This document shows positions 17,388-24,917 of a DNA stretch of 24,917 nt, one piece after another. Made by a program: the position numbers and the translations under genes. The stretch covers positions 1 through 24,917 of the forward strand of contig JBHLMP010000051.1 of NCBI GenBank assembly GCA_048938025.1, given 5' to 3'. The notes beneath the pieces are model-generated. The model had not been told where the DNA came from, searched no databases, and saw nothing but the letters and a program-made list of their open reading frames with translations. Origin of the DNA: Promethearchaeota archaeon. Lineage in GTDB: Archaea; Asgardarchaeota; Lokiarchaeia; Sigyniarchaeales; SOKP01. Positions within the stretch are counted from its first letter, which is position 1. Every line of letters starts with the position of its first letter.

Positions 17388-18053
17388 TTGATTAAGAAAG
17401 AAAACATTAGTTATGAAAATTATGCACAAAATATTCTAATACAGTGCCCACTCTGTAAGCAAAAAAAAATTTTGAAAATTCCTATTCAAATAATAGACCA
17501 AAACAAACAATTAACTACAATTTCTGTACCTTCTGGATTAGTGTGTAAACACAGTTTTCAGTTATTTGTAGATAAAAATTATAAAGTAAGAGGATATCAA
17601 AAAGTTGATTTTGAATTATCTAGAATGGAATTTTATGAAGATACAATCGAATCCATAAAGTCTAAAGGAACTCAGGGGGGGAAAAAAAATTCAATTTTAA
17701 ATATCCTATCATTTTCTCAAGACTTAATTAAGCTTTTAAGAGACTATGTAGATGGAAATGAAATTCTTGGAAGTTCTCTCTTTACAATAGAAGGAAAGAT
17801 TCTTTACTCATCTTTACCATTGAAAACACTATTTAACACAATCAGGGAATTCGAAGTGAGAAATGAGAAAAATCTAATAATGGTGAAAAAATATTTTCTA
17901 GTTTTAGAAAATGATCAAAAAATATTTTCCCAATTTATTCAAATAGGTAGTGTATCGCTTATAATTACGTTAATTTTCTCTAATACAGTTCGATTAGGTA
18001 TGGGAGATTTATATCTTAAAGAAATAATAAAAAAAATACAAGAATTGAAATAA
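17388..18053 (+). CDS. Zn-ribbon + roadblock/profilin-like domain protein
   Basis: CPLC...CKHSFQLFVDKNYKVRGYQKVDF N-domain; C-domain ILGSSLFTIEGKILYSSLP...RLGMGDLYLKEI fits the roadblock pattern; AAGGAG upstream. Confidence 0.75.
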   Translation: MIKKENISYENYAQNILIQCPLCKQKKILKIPIQIIDQNKQLTTISVPSGLVCKHSFQLFVDKNYKVRGYQKVDFELSRMEFYEDTIESIKSKGTQGGKKNSILNILSFSQDLIKLLRDYVDGNEILGSSLFTIEGKILYSSLPLKTLFNTIREFEVRNEKNLIMVKKYFLVLENDQKIFSQFIQIGSVSLIITLIFSNTVRLGMGDLYLKEIIKKIQELK

Positions 18054-18101
18054 TAATTAAAAATTTTGTAAAAAGAGATTTTTAGAAAAAAAAAAGGAAA
18101 A

Positions 18102-18401
18102 ATGAACGATCTAATAAATGAAATAGAGAAATATGTTAATTATTTTAGAAAAAAAAGAAAATTTCATATTAGTAATATTGAGGAAATTAATAGAATTCTA
18201 ATTTCACAAAAATATTATAACTTCATTAATAAAGTATATAGTTATTACAATTCAAGAGCACAATTAAAAGAAAAAATCAGGCTATGTCCTCAGTACTATA
18301 TTGATGCGAATAAAAAGATTGAATATTTTTGGGAATTACTGTTAGGAAGTACACTTTATAATAAATTTAAATCATCTTTAAAATTAAAATTAAATATTTA
18401 G
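18102..18401 (+). CDS. Hypothetical protein
   Basis: 99-aa ATG ORF co-oriented within the operon; no motif recognised. Confidence 0.6.
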   Translation: MNDLINEIEKYVNYFRKKRKFHISNIEEINRILISQKYYNFINKVYSYYNSRAQLKEKIRLCPQYYIDANKKIEYFWELLLGSTLYNKFKSSLKLKLNI

Positions 18402-18558
18402 ACAATTAAAATCAAGTTATAATTATGATGAGAAAATTTTCGCTAGTTGAAGTGAATCAAACAAGTAATCATTTTTTGGAGTTATTATTAATTAAAAAGT
18501 CAAAAAACTAAAGAAAAACAAGAAATTGAAAATAGAGAAATTGAAGTTATATTGAATT

Positions 18559-18723
18559 ATGAAGTCTAGAATAACATATTTTGAGGAAAATTCTAAAGAT
18601 TTTGATGAACTTAGCTCAGAAGAGAAAAATGAAGCCTATTATCTCCTTGAGAAAGAAGTTAATCATAAAACGATCAAAAATTTTTATAATATTCTTAAAA
18701 GTGAATACTTTAAGCGTAGATAA
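18559..18723 (+). CDS. Small hypothetical helical protein (54 aa; not in ORF track)
   Basis: MKSRITYFEENSKDFDELSSEEKNEAYYLLEKEVNHKTIKNFYNILKSEYFKRR*; ATG start and a more natural composition than the overlapping track ORF 18581-18799. Confidence 0.6.
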   Translation: MKSRITYFEENSKDFDELSSEEKNEAYYLLEKEVNHKTIKNFYNILKSEYFKRR

Positions 18724-18803
18724 GAATGTAATCTCCTCAAAATTTTCAGAAATAATATTATTGAGAAAAGGAATCGAGAATTTGAAAAAAGTGATTTGAA
18801 GAA

Positions 18804-19679
18804 TTGGTAATGATAAAGGAAAAGATTAATACCTATAATTCATGTCCAGAATGTACCGGTAGTATAATTTCAATAAAACAAAGGGGTGAAAACGTTTGTA
18901 ATCAATGTGGTTTAATCATAAGTGAAAGAGAGTTAGACTTTTCTCATAATGAAATAAGAACCTACAATAAACAAGATGAGATTAAAAAACAGAGGTTATG
19001 CCCTCCAATTTCACCTTTGTTACCAGATTTAAAATTATGCACCATTATAGATGAAAAAGAAATATATAATCCTGAATTAAAACGCGCTGTTAAAAGAGAC
19101 TCATATATATCCTGGAAATCTAAAAATATATTAATAGCTATAACAGAGTTAAAACGAATTGCCCACAATTTAAACCTTCCAGACTATATTAAGGAAGATG
19201 CTTTAAGAATTTATAAAAAAGCTTTAAAAATGAATATTTTAAAAGGTAGATCTATAATTGGTATGATCGCAGCATGTATATATTATGTTTGTAAGGAAAA
19301 AGGTCTTCCAAGAACATTTCAAGAAATTCTTAATGAAACATCTACTAGTGAAAATAAAGTAAAAAGTTGTTATAAAACATTAATTTTTCAATTACATTTA
19401 AAAGTACATAATATCAATCCCATATCACTTATTCCAAAATATATAGCAGATTTAGGTTTAGATATTGAAGTAGAAAGAATTGCAGTCAAATTTTTACTGT
19501 CCAATTTTGAAAAAGTTTCATTTTGTGGAAAAGATCCGAAAGGATTATGTGCAGGCGCCATATATTTTGCTTCTAAGATTAAAAATGTTTTAATTAATCA
19601 AAGAGTAATAGCAGAAAAAGTTGGAGTAACTGTAGTTACTCTTCGCTCAAGATATAAAGAGCTTAAAACTCTAACATAA
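18804..19679 (+). CDS. tfb: Transcription initiation factor IIB (TFB) paralogue
   Basis: Zn ribbon CPEC...CNQCG and cyclin-fold repeats with KGRSI, PRTFQEI, GKDPKGLCAGAIY and VTVVTLRSRYKEL. The start may be ATG 18810. Confidence 0.95.
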   Translation: MVMIKEKINTYNSCPECTGSIISIKQRGENVCNQCGLIISERELDFSHNEIRTYNKQDEIKKQRLCPPISPLLPDLKLCTIIDEKEIYNPELKRAVKRDSYISWKSKNILIAITELKRIAHNLNLPDYIKEDALRIYKKALKMNILKGRSIIGMIAACIYYVCKEKGLPRTFQEILNETSTSENKVKSCYKTLIFQLHLKVHNINPISLIPKYIADLGLDIEVERIAVKFLLSNFEKVSFCGKDPKGLCAGAIYFASKIKNVLINQRVIAEKVGVTVVTLRSRYKELKTLT

Positions 19680-19698
19680 TAGTTTTTATAGAAAAAAG

Positions 19699-21258
19699 GT
19701 GAAAAAAGTAATTATAAGACAGAAAAATCTAGAAGTGGATCACTTATTGTCAATTTTTGATTCTATATTCGATGAAATATCGATCTTAGATAAAAATTAT
19801 AGAATAATAGATGTAAACAAAACTTTTTGTTTAAAGTATGGTGTTTCCAAAGAAGAAGCTATAGGAAGAAAATGTTTTAAATTAACTCACAACCGAGAAA
19901 AGATTTGTAAACCACCAGAATGTAAATGTCCAGTTGAAAATGTTTTAAAAACTGGGCAATTCAGTGAGGCGGTCCATATTCATCATATAAATGGAGAAGA
20001 GATGTATGTGAAACTTTTAGCATATCCAATCAAAACTAAAGATGGTGAAATAAAGCAAATAATTAAAATTGGGAGAGATATCACTGAACGCAAGAAAATT
20101 GAGCAAGAAATTAAGCAATCCGAATCAAATATGAATTCAATATTATCAAATGTTAATGATTCAATTATTGTCATTTCGAAAGATTATAAAATTTTATACA
20201 TGAATAGAAAAGCAGAAGAAGAATTTGGATGTCATCTTAGAGGAAATATTTGTTACAGTGTTTTAATGAATAGAGATAAAGTATGCGAACATTGTACATT
20301 TAATAAATTAATAAATAATTATGATGTTATTAGATTTGAAAAAGAATTCATTGATCCTATGACATATGAAGAAAAATGTTATGAATATAATTGTACACCA
20401 ATTGGAAACTTTAATGGTCAACCAGCAATAATAGATATTATAAGAGATATAACATATAGGAAAAATACAGAAAAAATTTTAATTGATTCAGAAAAAAAGT
20501 ATCGCGAAGCTTATACCCGTGTGAATTTCTATAAAGATCTCTTTACTCATGACATTAATAATATTTTTCAAATTATAGAATCATCTATGGAGCTCTTATC
20601 TTTATATTTAAAAGATTTTAAAAGAAAAGAAAATATAGATGAATTAATAAATATTGCTATAGAACAGGTTATTAGAGGGGCAAATTTAGTTTCTAATGTA
20701 AGGAAACTTTCTGAAATTGAAGAATCTGGAATATATATAACATCAATAGAAGTTAATGAAGTTTTAAAACGTTCAATTCAATATGTAATTAAAAGTTTCC
20801 AAGGTAAAAAAATTAATATACAAGTTGATCTCCCTAACAAAAAATTTTATGTTAAAGCAAATGACCTCCTACTTGATGTATTTGAAAACATTTTAATAAA
20901 TGCTATAAGACATAACAACAATCAAATAATAGAAATAATTATCAAAGTCTCAAAAGAGCAAAAAAATAACATTAAATATCTTAAATTAGAATTTATTGAT
21001 AATGGGATTGGAATACCAGATAATATGAAAGAAAAAATTTTTCTGAGGGCAGAAAAAAAAGTAAGAAATAGCATCAACTTAGGGTTAGGTTTATCATTGG
21101 TGAAAAAAATAATCGAAGAATATAATGGACAAATTTGGGTTGAAAATAGGGTTAAAGGAGATTATAATGAAGGAAGTAAATTTATCATCCTAATTGAAAT
21201 TGGCTTTCCTCAAATGTATAATGATATTCTAAATGGACTAAATGTAAATATCCCTTAA
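19699..21258 (+). CDS. PAS-PAS sensor histidine kinase
   Basis: Two Cys-rich PAS domains, H-box FTHDINN, N-box NAIRH, G1 DNGIG and G2 LGLGL. Confidence 0.93.
   Translation: MKKVIIRQKNLEVDHLLSIFDSIFDEISILDKNYRIIDVNKTFCLKYGVSKEEAIGRKCFKLTHNREKICKPPECKCPVENVLKTGQFSEAVHIHHINGEEMYVKLLAYPIKTKDGEIKQIIKIGRDITERKKIEQEIKQSESNMNSILSNVNDSIIVISKDYKILYMNRKAEEEFGCHLRGNICYSVLMNRDKVCEHCTFNKLINNYDVIRFEKEFIDPMTYEEKCYEYNCTPIGNFNGQPAIIDIIRDITYRKNTEKILIDSEKKYREAYTRVNFYKDLFTHDINNIFQIIESSMELLSLYLKDFKRKENIDELINIAIEQVIRGANLVSNVRKLSEIEESGIYITSIEVNEVLKRSIQYVIKSFQGKKINIQVDLPNKKFYVKANDLLLDVFENILINAIRHNNNQIIEIIIKVSKEQKNNIKYLKLEFIDNGIGIPDNMKEKIFLRAEKKVRNSINLGLGLSLVKKIIEEYNGQIWVENRVKGDYNEGSKFIILIEIGFPQMYNDILNGLNVNIP
19860..20370 (+). 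repeat. 511-bp direct repeat, copy 1
   Basis: Reads as identical to 21427-21937 (offset 1567) by eye; the flanks are diverged. Confidence 0.9.
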
Positions 21259-21274
21259 TAAAAAAAGCGAAAAA

Positions 21275-23509
21275 ATGTTGGAAAAACAAAAAAGTCAAGA
21301 AATCGAATATTTAACATTAATTTTTGATTCTATATTTGATGAAATAACAGTTTTAGATAAACATTATAGAATAACAGATGTGAACAAAACCTTTTGTAGA
21401 AAATATAGTGTCTCTAAAGAAGAGGTTATAGGAAGAAAATGTTTTAAATTAACTCACAACCGAGAAAAGATTTGTAAACCACCAGAATGTAAATGTCCAG
21501 TTGAAAATGTTTTAAAAACTGGGCAATTCAGTGAGGCGGTCCATATTCATCATATAAATGGAGAAGAGATGTATGTGAAACTTTTAGCATATCCAATCAA
21601 AACTAAAGATGGTGAAATAAAGCAAATAATTAAAATTGGGAGAGATATCACTGAACGCAAGAAAATTGAGCAAGAAATTAAGCAATCCGAATCAAATATG
21701 AATTCAATATTATCAAATGTTAATGATTCAATTATTGTCATTTCGAAAGATTATAAAATTTTATACATGAATAGAAAAGCAGAAGAAGAATTTGGATGTC
21801 ATCTTAGAGGAAATATTTGTTACAGTGTTTTAATGAATAGAGATAAAGTATGCGAACATTGTACATTTAATAAATTAATAAATAATTATGATGTTATTAG
21901 ATTTGAAAAAGAATTCATTGATCCTATGACATATGAAAAAAAGTATTTTGAATATAATTGTACTCCGATATTAAATTTTGACGGTCAGCAAGCAATAATA
22001 GATATAATAAGGGATATAACAGATCGTAAAAATATCGAAGAAAAATTTCGAAATCTGGTTGAAAATTTTCCCTATTCCATAATTTTATTAGATTTCAACA
22101 AAAAAATATATGATTGTAACAGCCTTGCTAAAATTTATTTAAATAAACCTAAGGAGGAATTAAAAGGTAAATCTTTTTTTAATATTTTCCAAATAAATGA
22201 AAATCAACTTGATTCAATAGAGGAAATAATTCAAAATGCTTTTGATTATGATTTAAGTGAAATTATAGATTTTGAATACCTAAATAATAGCCACAATATA
22301 GCATGGGTTGAATGTTTTTTCTCGTCATTAAAAATTGGGAATAAAAAATACATTCAAGTTATTTTACAGGATATAACTGAAAAGAAATTAGCAGAAAAGA
22401 TTATTAAAGAAGAAAACGAGAGATTAAGGAAATTAGATCAAGTTAAAAAAGAATTGACTGCCCAAACATCAAAAGAATTGAAATCGCCATTAAATGTTAT
22501 GTCTAATGCATCCCAAATTCTTTTAAATTCATATAAAGATAAATTAGATCAAAATGCGATACAACTCCTAGAATTGATTAAAAAAGGTGGAGAAAAATCA
22601 ATCAATTTAGTTGAACGAATTGTAGATATTTCCAGAATTGAATCTGATAAATTAAAATTAAAAAAGCAAACAGAGAGTATAATCGAGATAATTAGAGAAT
22701 CTGTAGATGATATAATGAGTAATATGAAAAAGCAAAAATTTAATCTAACATTAAATCTATCAGAAGATTTGTATTCAGAGGTCGATAAGATTAGAATTGA
22801 GCATGTAATTAAAGATTTATTATTCTATATTATAAAAAATACATCTAAGAAAGTCAATATATTAATAGGTTTACAAAAAAGTAATAATTTTGCTCAGATA
22901 ACTATAAAAAATGATGGTGTTGGTTTAACAGAAAAAGAAAAGAATAGAATCTATTCAAAAAAAAGTATATTTAATTCGCAAGAATCTTTACTTGGATTAC
23001 AATTTTCAAATGAAATCATTGATCTACATGGAGGTCAAATTATTTTTGAGTCAAAAGGAAAAGATAAAGGAGCTAAATTTATTATAAGATTACCTATTAA
23101 AAATTGGGCCGATTCATTAATTTATATCTATATTATTTATAAATCAGGAATTTTGCTTTATGGCCATCCTTTTGTAGAAGACACAAAAGAGAATTATGAT
23201 TCTGCTTTAATTTCAGGTGGAATTGTTGGAATATTGACTGTATTAAAACTAGTTGCTAAAGGTGAAAAACAGATAAGAACAGTAGATCATGGAGATCGTA
23301 AAATAATTTTTCAAACCAATAATACAAAAGATATCATTTTTGCTCTTGTAGTTAAAGAAGATCTTTTAATATTTCAAAGAAAACTTGATGCTATAAAAAA
23401 GGAATTTGATAAGGAGTACAAGGATTTAGTTAAAAATATAAAAGATACTAGTACTGTTGTTGAAAAGTGGGTAAACCTCGAATTTTTAATTAAAAAATAT
23501 TTTAGTTAA
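21275..23509 (+). CDS. 3xPAS histidine pseudokinase fused to a C-terminal longin/roadblock-like domain
   Basis: H-box reads TSKELKSPL (His replaced by Lys), N-box FYIIKN, G1 KNDGVG, eroded G2. The C-terminal domain IYIIYKSGILLYGHPF...LISGGIVGI...IRTVDHGDRKIIF...IIFALVV...F...Y is longin-like. Confidence 0.85.
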   Translation: MLEKQKSQEIEYLTLIFDSIFDEITVLDKHYRITDVNKTFCRKYSVSKEEVIGRKCFKLTHNREKICKPPECKCPVENVLKTGQFSEAVHIHHINGEEMYVKLLAYPIKTKDGEIKQIIKIGRDITERKKIEQEIKQSESNMNSILSNVNDSIIVISKDYKILYMNRKAEEEFGCHLRGNICYSVLMNRDKVCEHCTFNKLINNYDVIRFEKEFIDPMTYEKKYFEYNCTPILNFDGQQAIIDIIRDITDRKNIEEKFRNLVENFPYSIILLDFNKKIYDCNSLAKIYLNKPKEELKGKSFFNIFQINENQLDSIEEIIQNAFDYDLSEIIDFEYLNNSHNIAWVECFFSSLKIGNKKYIQVILQDITEKKLAEKIIKEENERLRKLDQVKKELTAQTSKELKSPLNVMSNASQILLNSYKDKLDQNAIQLLELIKKGGEKSINLVERIVDISRIESDKLKLKKQTESIIEIIRESVDDIMSNMKKQKFNLTLNLSEDLYSEVDKIRIEHVIKDLLFYIIKNTSKKVNILIGLQKSNNFAQITIKNDGVGLTEKEKNRIYSKKSIFNSQESLLGLQFSNEIIDLHGGQIIFESKGKDKGAKFIIRLPIKNWADSLIYIYIIYKSGILLYGHPFVEDTKENYDSALISGGIVGILTVLKLVAKGEKQIRTVDHGDRKIIFQTNNTKDIIFALVVKEDLLIFQRKLDAIKKEFDKEYKDLVKNIKDTSTVVEKWVNLEFLIKKYFS
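21427..21937 (+). repeat. 511-bp direct repeat, copy 2
   Basis: Reads as identical to 19860-20370. Confidence 0.9.
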
Positions 23510-23828
23510 GTGTAGGATTCTTAAAAAAATCAAATAAAATTATTAATCTTAGAAGAGAAATGATTCTTTAAACTTATATAATAGATAAAATCACTAGCTT
23601 AATCTATATAAATTATTCAAATGTCTTAGAAATGATACCAAAAAATAGTGAATATAAGAATAACAATAAATATAACAGCCCAACATTCAGCAAATTTTTT
23701 TAAGGTTCATTTTTACTGTCGTCCATCTGCTAACTTTTTCAGAATTAATTGGTTCGCTTAAAAAAATCATCTTAAAGAAAGAAAAAATTCAGAGACAATT
23801 AGTTTGAATAGGAAATTATATAAATTTT

Positions 23829-24917
23829 CTAATAATTTAACCCTTTAAGCAACTGCACAGTTGTATACAAATCTTTTCCACCTTTTCTTAAATAATCCAT
23901 GGCTTCTTCAATACCTTCTACAGTCAAATCGAACATAGGAATAATACTGGAAATTATCTTGCGAGTCCAAGGTGCCCATTCAGGTCTAATGAGCTCTGGA
24001 TTTAACCACACAACATTATTTTTAAAATGTCGAGCAAGTTCTTTGATATAGTAAATTCCAGGCATCTCATTTCTATGATAATAATATATAGAACCATACC
24101 GCTCAGTCAATTCCCATGAGGCCATAGCCGCATCACCAACTACGACTACTTTAAAAGAATTATTATATTTTTGTAAGAAATCTTCGAAGCTAATCGATTC
24201 ATCTGGATTTCTTTTAGCATTAAAAAATAAACTCTCGTAGATGCAATTGTGGAAGTATAAATAGACGAATCTCTTCCAGTGTGACATATTATTGGCAGCG
24301 GAGAATAACAGATTAACTAAATTGGCATATGGTGTCATACTTCCACCGACATCCATTAAAAGAATAAGTTTAACATTATTTTTTCTGCGTTTATCAAACA
24401 CAATTTCGATATCGCCACAGTTCTTAGCAGTTTTATCAATGGTTTCATCAAGGTCTAGCTCATCCTTTTTCCCGATTTCTTCGAGTTTTTTGAGTCTTTT
24501 TAATGCTACTTTAATTTGTCTAGTATCCAGTACGATATCTTTTCTATAATCTTTAAAGATTCTTTTTTGGGCAATTTGGACAGCCATTCTCGCGCCAGAA
24601 GAGCCACCGACTCTCATACCCATTGGATTTTGACCAGAATGTCCAAATGGAGATTGGCCTTGAGTTCCAATCCAGTGATGACCAAAATTATGTTCTCCAT
24701 CTTGTTTTTGCATTAGTTCTTCGAAATGTTTTTGTAAATCTTCTAGGTCAAAGAATTGACTTGCCATCTCTTGAAAATTTGCATCCATTTCTGAGAGATC
24801 GAGATTGTTTTGTAGCCACTTCCAAATTTCATCTTTTATCTCATCTGGGGCGTTTATTAATAGTAATTTTTCTGCATCTTCACCGTATTTATTTAGCAAC
24901 TCTTCAAGAAACTGTTG
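23829..24917 (-). CDS. VWA-domain (CoxE-like) protein, 5' end outside the window
   Basis: HWIGTQGQSPFGHSG, ELDLDETI, LLMDVGGSM (MIDAS variant), YFHNCIYE, VGDAAM and WLNP motifs; the frame stays open to the window edge. Confidence 0.9.
   Translation of the reverse strand, partial: QQFLEELLNKYGEDAEKLLLINAPDEIKDEIWKWLQNNLDLSEMDANFQEMASQFFDLEDLQKHFEELMQKQDGEHNFGHHWIGTQGQSPFGHSGQNPMGMRVGGSSGARMAVQIAQKRIFKDYRKDIVLDTRQIKVALKRLKKLEEIGKKDELDLDETIDKTAKNCGDIEIVFDKRRKNNVKLILLMDVGGSMTPYANLVNLLFSAANNMSHWKRFVYLYFHNCIYESLFFNAKRNPDESISFEDFLQKYNNSFKVVVVGDAAMASWELTERYGSIYYYHRNEMPGIYYIKELARHFKNNVVWLNPELIRPEWAPWTRKIISSIIPMFDLTVEGIEEAMDYLRKGGKDLYTTVQLLKGLNY

Noticed and set aside
18581-18799. Track ORF of 72 aa (TTG start)
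   Set aside because: K/I/L-biased off-frame reading that overlaps a more plausible ATG-start 54-aa ORF (18559-18723).
23626-23726. Short hydrophobic minus-strand frame (KFAECWAVIFIVILIFTIFWYHF)
   Set aside because: No in-frame start; T-rich DNA readily yields hydrophobic peptides.
322-24716. Antisense ORFs in the track (322, 4784, 7118, 10422, 11250, 11836, 11853, 13530, 15953, 18962, 19983, 21550, 24292, 24516)
   Set aside because: Shadows of well-supported genes on the opposite strand, with F/S/L/I-rich composition.

Overview
Very AT-rich archaeal DNA whose gene content (TFB paralogue, Rab-like GTPase, many roadblock/longin-like domains, V4R-like protein, multi-PAS kinases) points to an Asgard archaeon, most likely Lokiarchaeia; this is inferred from gene content only. 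Most of the window (about 5.5-23.5 kb) is a signalling island. Its core is a divergent operon pair. The left arm (minus strand) encodes a V4R-like protein, an unannotated 41-aa 3-Cys microprotein, two roadblock/LC7 proteins and a coiled-coil-roadblock fusion. The right arm (plus strand) encodes an MglA/CvnD-type small GTPase, a roadblock protein, a HEAT-GNAT protein carrying a homologue of the same 3-Cys motif, a Zn-ribbon-roadblock-like protein, a TFB paralogue, a PAS kinase and a PAS pseudokinase fused to a longin-like domain. A 6-PAS kinase and an RHH-HisKA-REC regulator lie to the left of this core. Further left are a degenerate Rab with a helical-repeat protein and an internally deleted TIR-TM protein, several small ORFs missed by the track, and a frameshifted gene. 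A VWA/CoxE-like gene runs off the right edge. No rRNA, tRNA, CRISPR array or mobile element was recognised.
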